Below, piece by piece: positions 18,812-27,820 of a DNA stretch of 64,000 bases. The position numbers and the translations under genes are program-made. How positions within the stretch are numbered: the first letter of the stretch is position 1; the number at the start of each line of letters is the position of its first letter. The stretch spans positions 10,442 through 74,441 of the forward strand of contig CAJXRZ010000022.1 of NCBI GenBank assembly GCA_913060515.1, read 5' to 3'. The DNA is from an uncultured Pseudomonadota bacterium. Lineage in GTDB: Bacteria; Myxococcota_A; UBA796; CAJQPC01. The notes below the pieces were generated by a model. It saw only the letters and a program-made list of their open reading frames with translations. It searched no databases and was not told the DNA's origin.

Positions 18812-21800
18812 ATGACCGGACTCGGACTTCTGGCGCTCATGTCGGCCTCGTCAATGGCCCAAGATGGCGGCCAGATGGATGTCACCGCATACCCCAAGCT
18901 TGCCAAGAAGCCGGGGATGCAGATCAACATCTTGCCCTACGAGCTGACCACTGGCGTTTATCAGTTCCCAACTGGGTTTCGGGTGATGTTCCAGTCGGAC
19001 AACACCCTGCCTGTCGTGGCCTCGACGATGATCATCGATCATGGCTCTTCTGATGACCCACAGGGCATGGAGGGCATGGCTCACCTCTACGAGCATCTCT
19101 GGTTCCGTACCGAGCATGGCGACCTGCCCAAGACCTGGGACTTGCTGAACCACGAGCTGGGCTGCTCGATCAACGCCTACACCCAGTACGATCACACTGG
19201 GTACATGACGGTTTGCCCCGCGGACCACTTTGACAAGTTGGTTGCGCTGGAGGGCTTGCGCCTGACCGCTCCGATGCAGGGCGTCCCCGAGGACACCATC
19301 CCAACGGAGATCGAGGTCGTGCGAAATGAGATCCGCATGCGCTCGGAGAACGGGAACATTCCCTTCTTCACGCTGCTGACCTACATCAACAAGCACACCT
19401 ACCCGGAGGACCACCCCTACCATCGGCCCATCGCCGGGGACCATACCTCCATCCGAAATATAACCTACCCAGACGTGGTGGAGTGGGTTGAGGAGCACTA
19501 CGCAGCGGAGAAGTCCACCCTGATGTTCGTGGGTGACTTCGAGCAAGACCGGGCCATGGACTACATGATCCGCGCTGGGTACCTCGAGCTGATGCACGAG
19601 GATCTGACCCAAGAGCACATCTTCCGCTACCCCCGTCCCAACCTGGGTCGCGACCCGGTGGACGACGCAGCGGAAGACTGGTGGTTCGTGGCCATGGACC
19701 CGAGCAACCCCGACGAAGTTCTCATGCCTGATGCGGAGATTCCGGTTCGCGCCGCGGAGTTCGCGGACGTGGAAGTTCCGGACATCTCCAACCAGGAGTT
19801 TGGCGAGTACGTCGGCGCCGTGGAGTCTCCCCAGGTCATCGTTGCTTGGACCTTGCCCCCTTCCTACCAGGGCAACGACACCCTGATGAACATCACCAGC
19901 AACGTGCTGGGGAACATCATCGGGAACGCTACGGCCGCTGGCCCAGGCTTGGCTGACGTAGACCTGAACGTCTCGTCCTTTGATGGTTGTGGTGCCTTGG
20001 CGAACAAGCGCAGCACCGTCCTCATCTGCGCTGCGACGCTCAAGGACTCCTGTAAGGACCCTGAGAAGACCGCCGAGCGCATGCTGGACCGGGCCTACTA
20101 CCTCTATGACCCCACCTTCGCAGGTGCGGCCATGGATCAGCAGCTGACCCAGGTCCGTATGGACTTCTTGGCTGGCATCTTCCGCAACCTGGACCTCTTC
20201 GCAGTGGTCGGTGGTGGGCGAGCCACTGAGATCGCGGTGCATGCTCACTACACCGGCAACCCGATGTACCACTCCGCTCAGATGAACGAAGTGATGGGCC
20301 TGAACGCGAGCAACATCGCAGAGCTTGGCAAGACCTGGATCACCCGTGACCGGGCCACTTCCTTGGTGGTTCGTCCCTTGGACCGTGAAGGCTTGCTCGA
20401 AGTCTCGATGGACGGCGCAGAGCACTACGGAGACGGCACCGCCAAGGCGGTCAACTCTCTGGTGGATCCCGACGACATCACCGTGGACCTCATCCTCGCG
20501 GCCTACCGCAAGCCTGAGCTTGAGCACATGACTGAGACCACGCTGCCCAATGGCTTGCGTGTTGTCGCCGTCTCGCACTCCGAGGCTCCAATCGCACGGG
20601 CCAGCCTGATTGTGAAGGGTGGCAGCGCGACGGACCCAGACCGCAGCATCTGGATGGCCAGTCAGACAGACAACCTGTACCAGAACCCACGCGGCTTCAA
20701 CGCTGGTGGCGCTCTGCCGGATCCCTTGGCGATCGCCGGCGTCTGGAACACCAGCTACAACGCCTTCTACCAGTCTATCGACCTGACGGCCTCCGCCGGC
20801 AACTTGGACGGGATGTTGTGGATGATGCGGGACGCGATGGAGGAGCTCGGCTTCGACACCGACAACCGCGCTGACTGGGTCAAGTCGATGCGTGAGGATC
20901 ACCTCAGCGATCTGCACACCCAGGACTACTGGATCTCGCGCACCAACTACGACCACATCAACCCGGGTCACCCTTCGGTCAACCCCATGACTTCGGGCGA
21001 GATCAACGCTCTCAAGCAGATCAGCGGCGGTCAGATTGCAGACAAGCTGCATGGTATCTGGCAGCCCAAGAACGCCACGCTCCTCATCGTCGGCAACGTC
21101 GACCCCGAGGACACCATGGCCCTGGCCGCGCAGTACTTTGGTGGCTGGGAAGCCAAGAGAGAGATGGTCGAGCTGCCTGAGTACCAGAAGCCGAACCCTT
21201 CTAAGAAGGGTCGTGCCATCTATCTCTTCGATGACCCAGGCAAGACACAGACCACCGTGTCCCTTCGTTGCCAGATTCCCGACCCGACGGTGCGTCCGGA
21301 CCCACGCTACTCGACCCTGAGCGCGGTTCTCCGCGAGCAGTTGTTCTCTCGTTTGCGTGAGAACAGTGGTGTTGTGTACTCGCCAGCGGCCTTCGTGTCC
21401 GCCAGTGAGGAGGTGCCTCAGGCCATCATGTCGGCCAGTGTGCAGAACCCTGCAGTGGCCTACACCCTTGAGACCTACATCAAGACCTTGGAGGAGGTCG
21501 AGGCCGGCAGCTACGACCCCGACCACATCAAGCGCAGCCAGTACACCCAGGCTTGGGCCTCGGTGCTCCGCTACCAGTCCATCACCCAGCTCTCCGGCGT
21601 CTACCAGAACGTCATTGGACAGGGCTTTGACTGGGGTGTTTGGGACCGCAACGCTGAAGCGTTGGCTGGCTTTGACTCCAAGGGGCTGGCCGAGGCGCTC
21701 GGTGACTGCTCCGCCAACGCGGTTGTCACCATGGTTGGCCCACTCGAGGTCATCAAGCCCATCCTGGATGATGCTGGCTTGGAGTACAACGAGCTGGACT

Positions 21801-21964
21801 GGAAGGAGCTGGCAGACAACGCGCACCGCGCGGAGAACCCCAAGGACTTCAAGAAGTACGGCAAGAAGAAGGCCCGCAGCAAGAAGAAGGCTGACAAGAA
21901 GAAGGCCCGCATCGAGAAGCGTGGCGGCACTGAGGAGTGCTACGACGCAACCGTAGAAGGTTGA
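18812..21964 (+). CDS. M16 family (insulinase-like) zinc peptidase, exported, two-module
   Basis: GMAHLYEHLWF (HxxEH), INAYT, EVVRNEIR; second module TLPNGLRVV; GGAGAG RBS. Confidence 0.9.
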   Translation: MTGLGLLALMSASSMAQDGGQMDVTAYPKLAKKPGMQINILPYELTTGVYQFPTGFRVMFQSDNTLPVVASTMIIDHGSSDDPQGMEGMAHLYEHLWFRTEHGDLPKTWDLLNHELGCSINAYTQYDHTGYMTVCPADHFDKLVALEGLRLTAPMQGVPEDTIPTEIEVVRNEIRMRSENGNIPFFTLLTYINKHTYPEDHPYHRPIAGDHTSIRNITYPDVVEWVEEHYAAEKSTLMFVGDFEQDRAMDYMIRAGYLELMHEDLTQEHIFRYPRPNLGRDPVDDAAEDWWFVAMDPSNPDEVLMPDAEIPVRAAEFADVEVPDISNQEFGEYVGAVESPQVIVAWTLPPSYQGNDTLMNITSNVLGNIIGNATAAGPGLADVDLNVSSFDGCGALANKRSTVLICAATLKDSCKDPEKTAERMLDRAYYLYDPTFAGAAMDQQLTQVRMDFLAGIFRNLDLFAVVGGGRATEIAVHAHYTGNPMYHSAQMNEVMGLNASNIAELGKTWITRDRATSLVVRPLDREGLLEVSMDGAEHYGDGTAKAVNSLVDPDDITVDLILAAYRKPELEHMTETTLPNGLRVVAVSHSEAPIARASLIVKGGSATDPDRSIWMASQTDNLYQNPRGFNAGGALPDPLAIAGVWNTSYNAFYQSIDLTASAGNLDGMLWMMRDAMEELGFDTDNRADWVKSMREDHLSDLHTQDYWISRTNYDHINPGHPSVNPMTSGEINALKQISGGQIADKLHGIWQPKNATLLIVGNVDPEDTMALAAQYFGGWEAKREMVELPEYQKPNPSKKGRAIYLFDDPGKTQTTVSLRCQIPDPTVRPDPRYSTLSAVLREQLFSRLRENSGVVYSPAAFVSASEEVPQAIMSASVQNPAVAYTLETYIKTLEEVEAGSYDPDHIKRSQYTQAWASVLRYQSITQLSGVYQNVIGQGFDWGVWDRNAEALAGFDSKGLAEALGDCSANAVVTMVGPLEVIKPILDDAGLEYNELDWKELADNAHRAENPKDFKKYGKKKARSKKKADKKKARIEKRGGTEECYDATVEG

Positions 21965-22041
21965 GTCTTAGCGGTGGGCTCCCGCAGGGGAGCTCACCTC
22001 TCCTTCTGTGAGCTGGGATTGCCCCCAACGGCAGAGACAAG

Positions 22042-22074
22042 AAGGGCCGCCTCATCACTGAGGCGGCCCTTTTT
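22042..22074. terminator. bidirectional terminator between M16 peptidase and dnaK paralog
   Basis: AAGGGCCGCCTCA-TCAC-TGAGGCGGCCCTT followed by TTT. Confidence 0.8.
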
Positions 22075-22092
22075 GCGTCTGAGCCAGCCGGC

Positions 22093-23928
22093 TCAGTGAA
22101 TCGGAGCGTCTCCGCCCCCAGCCTTGTCAGCCAGGTGTGCGAAGAAGCGAGCCAAGTAGGTGGACAGCTCGTCCAAGTTCGACTTGTCGGAGCTCTTGAT
22201 GAGCGCCATTCTGCCGCGCTTGAGCGCCTGCTCAATCTCGAAGATATCCTTCTTGTGGAGGAAGCCGCGGTTGTCCCGCAAGAAGCCCTCCAGGGACGCC
22301 AGCTGCTTCTCTACCTGCTCGCGCAGCTGACGCAGCTCAGTGCTCTCATCTTCTACGGGTGAGGCCCCTGTGCTGGTGTCGTAGGCCGAAGCGGCCTCTT
22401 CCTTGGCGTCGTCCAGTTGCATCGGGGTCATGCCGGTAGGCGCCTCAATGGTGACCTGGTTGGAGACCCCGGAGCGTACATCTCGGGCGGAGACCTGAAC
22501 GATGCCGTTCGTGTCGATGCTGAACTTGACTTGAATGCGCGGCTCACCGCGAGGCGCCGGCTCAATGCCTTGGAGCTCAAACTCTCCGAGAGAGACATTC
22601 TCCAGTGCGCTCTGGCTCTCACCCTGCAGAACATGGATCTTCACCGTGGACTGGTTGTCCACGACGGTGGAGACCAGCTGGGTCTTCTGCGTAGGGATGG
22701 TGGTGTTCTTGGGGATCAGCCGGGCGCAGCGACGACCCTCGACCTCCAAGCCCAAGGAGAAGTTGGTCACGTCGAGCAGAGTGACCGCTTTGACGTCGCC
22801 TTCCAGGATTCCGGCTTGGATGGCCGCACCAACGGCGACGACCTCGTCCGGGTTGAAGGACTTGTTCAGAGGGCGCCCGAAGAGCGCCTGCACCATCTCC
22901 TGGACCCGAGGAATGCGGCTGCTGCCGCCCACCAAGATGACCTCGTCGATGTCCTGAGGACCGAGCCTGCAATCGTTGAGGGCCTGCTCGCACTCGGAGA
23001 GAGTGGAGTCGAAGAGCTCCTGCGCCAGTCCCTCAAAGACCCCTCTGGAGAGGGTGCACTGAAGGTGCTTTGGACCAGAGCTGTCAGCGACCAGGAAGGG
23101 CAAGTGGATGTCGGCCTGCATTGCAGAGGACAGCTCCAGCTTCGCGCGCTCGGCCGCATCCCGCAGACGTTGCAGGACGACCTTGTCCTCGCTCACATCG
23201 AGCTTGTGCTCTTTGTGGAAGCGGTCCAAGAGCCAATCAACCAGGCGTTGGTCGACATCTGCGCCGCCCAGGGCGTTGTTGCCACGGGTTGCTCGAACCT
23301 CGGCCAAATCCCGGTCGACCTCCAGGATCGAGATGTCGAAGGTGCCTCCGCCAAAGTCGTAGACGGCGATGGTCGAAGACTTTCTACGATTGTGTACGTA
23401 CGAGAGCGCAGCAGCCGTGGGCTCGTTCAAAATTCGGAGCACATCCAGACCCGCGATGGTTCCGGCGTCCTTCGTGGCTTGGCGTTGTCGGTCTGTGAAG
23501 TACGCAGGAACCGTGATTACAGCCTCTGTTACGCCTTCGCCCAGGAAGTCCTCTGCAGAACGCCGGAGCTTCTGCAGAATCATCGCCGCGACTTCTTGAG
23601 GCAGGTAGACCCGTCCGCCGATCTCTACGCCGCAGTCCCCGTTTCGGGTCTCGACGACCTTGTACTGGACCAGGTCCATCTCGTGATGGGCCTCGGAGTA
23701 GCGCCTACCCATGAAGCGCTTGATGCTGTGCACCGTCGCCTCGGGGTTGATGAGCAGTTGGCGCTTCGCGATGTCTCCAACGAAGCGCTCTCCATTTTTG
23801 GAGATGCCGACTACGGAAGGGGTGATGCGTCCACCTTCGGCGTTGATGATCACAACCGGGTCACGGCGGTCTACGTAGGCGCAGACCGAGTTCGTGGTTC
23901 CCAGGTCGATGCCGATGACTTTACCCAT
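22093..23928 (-). CDS. dnaK: Hsp70/DnaK family chaperone (paralog without adjacent grpE/dnaJ)
   Basis: GIDLGTTNS, TVPAYF, NEPTAAAL, DFGGGTFDIS and VGGSSRIP motifs. Confidence 0.93.
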   Translation of the reverse strand: MGKVIGIDLGTTNSVCAYVDRRDPVVIINAEGGRITPSVVGISKNGERFVGDIAKRQLLINPEATVHSIKRFMGRRYSEAHHEMDLVQYKVVETRNGDCGVEIGGRVYLPQEVAAMILQKLRRSAEDFLGEGVTEAVITVPAYFTDRQRQATKDAGTIAGLDVLRILNEPTAAALSYVHNRRKSSTIAVYDFGGGTFDISILEVDRDLAEVRATRGNNALGGADVDQRLVDWLLDRFHKEHKLDVSEDKVVLQRLRDAAERAKLELSSAMQADIHLPFLVADSSGPKHLQCTLSRGVFEGLAQELFDSTLSECEQALNDCRLGPQDIDEVILVGGSSRIPRVQEMVQALFGRPLNKSFNPDEVVAVGAAIQAGILEGDVKAVTLLDVTNFSLGLEVEGRRCARLIPKNTTIPTQKTQLVSTVVDNQSTVKIHVLQGESQSALENVSLGEFELQGIEPAPRGEPRIQVKFSIDTNGIVQVSARDVRSGVSNQVTIEAPTGMTPMQLDDAKEEAASAYDTSTGASPVEDESTELRQLREQVEKQLASLEGFLRDNRGFLHKKDIFEIEQALKRGRMALIKSSDKSNLDELSTYLARFFAHLADKAGGGDAPIH

Positions 23929-24013
23929 CGTCTGTCCTCGAGGTTCGATAGCCAGGATACCCCACTCCACTTCGGCAGGTGCCTGTTGGAGTCCATCAAA
24001 GGGGTCACGCAGG

Positions 24014-24098
24014 TGCCCGGGGCGGGGCTCGAACCCGCACGCCGAACTTCGGCTGGGGCTTTTAAGGCCCCTGTGTCTACCGATTCCACCACCCGGGC
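24014..24098 (-). tRNA. tRNA-Leu (TAA)
   Basis: GCCCGGG acceptor, GGGGC-CT TAA AA-GCCCC anticodon arm, long variable arm, GGTTCGAGCCC T arm; followed by CCT rather than CCA. Confidence 0.95.
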
Positions 24099-24125
24099 GG
24101 GCTTGCGTGACAGAGGAGCGATAGC

Positions 24126-24962
24126 ATGTCTGCTATGTGGATGTTGTCGATCTGGTTGGCATGCGGGGCGCGACGCGCTCCAGAACGCACGCCCAAGGAC
24201 CTCGCGCTCGAGGCTTTGGACGCTGGCTATGCTCAGCGTACGGACCAGGAAGCGCTGGATGCGAACATCCAGGCCAGCTTGGATCTGCTGGCGACCGCGC
24301 CGACGGACCCCGACTTTTTGGCCCGTACCGCCCGGGCGTTTTCTGCGCGTGCCATCACTCGGAAGGCCCGCACAGACAAGATCACGGATCTGGAGACGGC
24401 CCGTTCATATGGGCTGCTCTGCCTGGCTGGAAACACGGGCTACAGCGTTCGCATCGAACAGGCGGGCGGTCAGGTCCTTCGGGCAGCCACAAAACAGCTT
24501 CAGAAGCGCGATGTGCCCTGCATGGAGCAGACACTCATTCCTTGGGTGCGTTGGCTAGAGCTTCGCGGACCTGCTGGACTGGTTGATGTAAACGCTATCG
24601 GTCACTTGGCGGAACGCCTGCTCGCCCTGCAGCCGGGCGGCTGGGTCGGGCCCTGGTCCAAGGCGATGGTGCTCTCGCTGCCACAGGCGGACGCCAGAGG
24701 GCCGCTGGAGAGCACCGAGCAGCTCTTTGGACAGGCCATTCAAGCCCAGCCCAAGCTGGCTGAGATCCACTTGGACTACATCAAGTTCCAGCTTCCCTAC
24801 GCGGGGGAGCAAGAGGTGAGTGATGCGCTGGACGCATTCTCTGGAACACACCCGCCCCGCGGCGACGGCCCCTGGGCCCTTGAGAATACGGTCGCTCGCT
24901 CCGAAGCCGAGGGCACGACGGTTGAGCCCCTCATGAAGCGGGTCTGGCCAGCGCCGCGCTAG
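24126..24962 (+). CDS. helical (TPR-like, TRAP TatT-like) lipoprotein
   Basis: GAGGAG RBS, WLA-C lipobox, helical repeats such as DLLATAPTDPDFLARTARAF. Confidence 0.55.
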   Translation: MSAMWMLSIWLACGARRAPERTPKDLALEALDAGYAQRTDQEALDANIQASLDLLATAPTDPDFLARTARAFSARAITRKARTDKITDLETARSYGLLCLAGNTGYSVRIEQAGGQVLRAATKQLQKRDVPCMEQTLIPWVRWLELRGPAGLVDVNAIGHLAERLLALQPGGWVGPWSKAMVLSLPQADARGPLESTEQLFGQAIQAQPKLAEIHLDYIKFQLPYAGEQEVSDALDAFSGTHPPRGDGPWALENTVARSEAEGTTVEPLMKRVWPAPR

Positions 24963-24990
24963 GGACGCTCAGAGGCGGGGCACAGAACGC

Positions 24991-25022
24991 AAAAAGGCCC
25001 CCTCGGAGGAGGGGACCTTTTT
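24991..25022. terminator. bidirectional terminator (rpsU / TatT-like gene)
   Basis: A5-GGCCCCCTC-GGAG-GAGGGGACC-T5. Confidence 0.8.
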
Positions 25023-25089
25023 GACTGCCAGTCTGAGAGAAGACTCTCAGCGAGGGCAGAAACTTGCTTGAAGTCTCAGCCAGGCTTTT

Positions 25090-25302
25090 TCAGCGGCGAC
25101 GAACACGCTTGACTGCGCGACGGGCAGCCTTACGACGACGCTTCTCAGCGAGGCGCTGCTTCAAGCGGCGTTGCTCGCCGGGCTTGAGGTAGACCTTGTT
25201 CTTCTTGATGTCCTTGCGGATACCCTCGCGCTCCACCTTGCGGCGGAAGCGGCGCAGGGCCTTTTCGAAGGGCTCGTTGTCGCGGACAGTGACCTGGACC
25301 AA
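25090..25302 (-). CDS. rpsU: 30S ribosomal protein S21
   Basis: VTVRDNEPFEKALRRFRRKVEREG...YLKPGEQRR; TTG start with GGAGA RBS. Confidence 0.93.
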   Translation of the reverse strand: MVQVTVRDNEPFEKALRRFRRKVEREGIRKDIKKNKVYLKPGEQRRLKQRLAEKRRRKAARRAVKRVRRR

Positions 25303-25372
25303 GTTTGTCTCCAATCGGAGTAAAGGGTTTGAACCCCGCCCCTTTAGCGGACGGGTTGATGCCGTGCAAGGC

Positions 25373-26155
25373 TCAGAAGACGATTCCGACGGCTGCGCCG
25401 CCGTAGAAGAGGGGATGCAAGCCACCCTCGATGCGTAGGCTGGCCTTGTCGTTGAAGTGGAACTTCACTGCGGCGTTCAGATCCACGATGGGCAGTGCGC
25501 CAGGAATCGGGAGCGGGTCCTTGTCGGCTGCGGTGCCGTCCAGGTCGCTGCGGTTCCAGGCGGGAGTGCCATCTTCGGTGGGGCCCCAGCGCTGAATCTC
25601 GCCAATGGCGATGGCCACACCCAGTCCACCACCGACCATGAAGCTGAACCAAGGGGCCAGACGCAGGTCGTAGTAGTAGTTGGCGCCCAGGGTCACGAAG
25701 CCAAAGTTCGAGCTCGGTGCCAGGTAGTAGCCATCGTTGTAGATGATCGAGGAGTCGCCCTCCTCACGATCGTCCCAGTAGCCATCGTCCATGAGGTGGC
25801 CGAAGTAGTCGAAGTAGAAGGCGCCCATGGCACCGCTGCCCTCGCCGTTGCTTCGGATCGCGAACTCCATGCCGGCCGCGTAGGCCCGAACTTGGGGACG
25901 GGGCTGATGGTTCCCGTTGTCGTCGCTCCCATTGAACATCCAGATGTCGATCAGGCTGTCGGGAATGCTCATGTACTTGCCACGGAGGTTGACCTCCATC
26001 AGGTACGGACGCTGAGGCGCATCCGAGACACCTGAGTCCCCGGCGGCGGGCGCCGTTGGAGCAGGCTGAGTGTCCTCCTGTTGGAGGTGGCTCACGGGCG
26101 CGAGTGTGGGGGCTTGGGCAGCAAACGCTGCTGGGGCAAGTAGTAGGTGAAGCAT
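25373..26155 (-). CDS. putative outer-membrane beta-barrel protein
   Basis: Short signal peptide, aromatic amphipathic strands, C-terminal Phe (GGAAVGIVF). Confidence 0.65.
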   Translation of the reverse strand: MLHLLLAPAAFAAQAPTLAPVSHLQQEDTQPAPTAPAAGDSGVSDAPQRPYLMEVNLRGKYMSIPDSLIDIWMFNGSDDNGNHQPRPQVRAYAAGMEFAIRSNGEGSGAMGAFYFDYFGHLMDDGYWDDREEGDSSIIYNDGYYLAPSSNFGFVTLGANYYYDLRLAPWFSFMVGGGLGVAIAIGEIQRWGPTEDGTPAWNRSDLDGTAADKDPLPIPGALPIVDLNAAVKFHFNDKASLRIEGGLHPLFYGGAAVGIVF

Positions 26156-26228
26156 CGGTGTCTCCGGCGGGTGCCCGGGATTCTGCTGGGGGCTATGGTT
26201 CCTGTCAACCTTCTCCCGGAGAGAGTCT

Positions 26229-27206
26229 TTGGCCAGTGCGTCCCTACAGGCAGCCTTGAAGGGCCCTATGCAGCCGATCTACCTTGTGATGGGCGATGAG
26301 GAGCTCTTGGTAGAGCAGGCCGAAGCCAAGTTGACGGCGTGGGCGCTCGAGGGCGTAATGGCGGCCTTCAACCACGGAACATGGCGCGCTGGGGACGACG
26401 GCGCGGCGGACTGTCTGGCGGTTGCGCGTACCCTCCCCATGATGAGCTCCCGGCGCGTCATCGTGCTTCGGGATCTCCACGAGGCTCCGCCAGAGCTGCT
26501 CGAGGCGCTCTGTGAGTACGCCGAGGCGCCACCGGACTCGGCGGTGCTGATCTTGACCGGGAAGGCTTGGCCGAAGGCGAAGGGGACCGACTTTGGTCGA
26601 CGCACAGAGAACCGGGTGAAGAAGGTCGGCACCGTGCTGCGCTTCAAGAGCAAGGACTCCAAGCCCGAGGACTTCGCCATCCAGACCGCGCAGTCCCTTG
26701 GGGTAAGCCTCCGGCCCAACCAGGCCCGCACCTTGGTGGATCTTGTGGGCAAGGACCTGGGTCGCTTGCAGCGGGAGCTGGAGAAGGCGGCCCTCTACAT
26801 TGGCGGAGAGGGGGAGCTGAGCGATGAGGCCCTGCGGGACGTGTGCTCTCTGCTGGCCGAGGCGGAGATCTGGGACTTGACCGACGCCATTGTGGCCAGG
26901 GACGCCAACAAGGCGCTCTCCACGGCACACCGGCTGCTGGAAGCCGGAAAGCGAGGCGAGGCGCACCGTCTGGTCTCCATGATCACCTGGCAGATGCGGC
27001 AGCTCTTGCAGATGCAGGCAGGCGGTCAGGTGCGCATGCCCGGGTGGAAGCGCTCCAAGATGGAGGCCTCGCTGCGCCAGCACCCCATCGACCCTGCCGA
27101 CCTCTTCGCCCGCATGGCCCGCGCGAACCAAGACATGAATGGCCACAGGGCAGGGGACCGCCGAATCCTCGAGGGACTGCTCCTGGACCTGGTCTCCCGG
27201 GCATAG
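26229..27206 (+). CDS. holA: DNA polymerase III subunit delta
   Basis: PIYLVMGDEELL, TLPMMSSRRVIVL, ELEKAALY and IWDLTDAI motifs; convergent with rpsT. Confidence 0.93.
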   Translation: MASASLQAALKGPMQPIYLVMGDEELLVEQAEAKLTAWALEGVMAAFNHGTWRAGDDGAADCLAVARTLPMMSSRRVIVLRDLHEAPPELLEALCEYAEAPPDSAVLILTGKAWPKAKGTDFGRRTENRVKKVGTVLRFKSKDSKPEDFAIQTAQSLGVSLRPNQARTLVDLVGKDLGRLQRELEKAALYIGGEGELSDEALRDVCSLLAEAEIWDLTDAIVARDANKALSTAHRLLEAGKRGEAHRLVSMITWQMRQLLQMQAGGQVRMPGWKRSKMEASLRQHPIDPADLFARMARANQDMNGHRAGDRRILEGLLLDLVSRA

Positions 27207-27292
27207 GGGGGCAAGGTCTGCCCGGTGCCCATTCGACGGAGGGAGGCCGAAGGTCGCTGCCGGAGGGACGACAGGAATACAGCCCACAGAGC

Positions 27293-27320
27293 AAAACACC
27301 CCGCCACAAGGGCAGGGTGC
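27293..27320 (-). terminator. rho-independent terminator of rpsT
   Basis: Minus strand GCACCCTGCC-CTTGT-GGCGGGGTGT-TTT. Confidence 0.7.
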
Positions 27321-27352
27321 TTGCATCGCATGCTCCCGAAGGAGCGGCACGA

Positions 27353-27628
27353 TTAGGCCTGAGCAGCCTTGAGCTTGTTCACGGCCTTGTACAGGCGGCT
27401 CACACGGCGCGCAGCGTTCTTGCGGTGGATGACACCCTTGGACGCCAGGCGGTGAATGACGCTGACTGCACCATTGAGGTTTGCAGATGCGGTCTCGAGC
27501 TCTCCGCTCTCCACTGCAACCCGGACCTTCTTGATCTGGGTGCGCATGGTGGCGCGGTAGTGACGGTTACGCATGCGGCGCTTGGTGTTCTGGCGCATGC
27601 GCTTGAGGGCGTCGGCGTGGTTAGCCAC
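27353..27628 (-). CDS. rpsT: 30S ribosomal protein S20
   Basis: MANHADALKRMRQ...KGVIHRKNAARRVSRL. Confidence 0.97.
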   Translation of the reverse strand: MANHADALKRMRQNTKRRMRNRHYRATMRTQIKKVRVAVESGELETASANLNGAVSVIHRLASKGVIHRKNAARRVSRLYKAVNKLKAAQA

Positions 27629-27688
27629 AAGGATCTCCGAAAGTCTCTAGAAGGGACGACGCGGGGGTGTACCCGCTTGAACCCCGGC

Positions 27689-27717
27689 GAGGTATTTCAG
27701 CCCTCATCGGCTGTCAA
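27689..27717 (-). promoter_or_regulatory. putative sigma70 promoter of rpsT
   Basis: Minus strand TTGACA-17 nt-TACCTC. Confidence 0.5.
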
Positions 27718-27820
27718 GGGCAGATAGGCCTTGCAACCCCACCCCTTTGTTGGGTTAGGTGCCTGCCTAATCAATCTGTCGCCTATGGGTTGACAGCCAA
27801 ATTCATCTCTTGGAGCGGTC

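Noticed and set aside
18851..21826. 991-aa antisense ORF, and similar long ORFs at 4045-5721, 29098-30633 and 54301-56337
   Set aside because: Shadow ORFs opposite real genes, expected from high-GC codon bias; no recognisable motifs
24014..24098. bldA-like translational control by tRNA-Leu(TAA)
   Set aside because: TTA codons occur in housekeeping genes here (pyrB 33156-33158, glmS 48470-48472), so the tRNA looks constitutively required
18531..24098. Genomic island between the two tRNAs
   Set aside because: No integrase, no duplicated tRNA 3' end and no visible composition shift
22417..24558. 713-aa ORF antisense to dnaK
   Set aside because: Known type of antisense-to-Hsp70 artefact; it also runs through the tRNA
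27207..27292. HDV-like ribozyme suggested by minus-strand CGAATGGGCAC
   Set aside because: Could not build P1/P2/P3 nested pseudoknot partners
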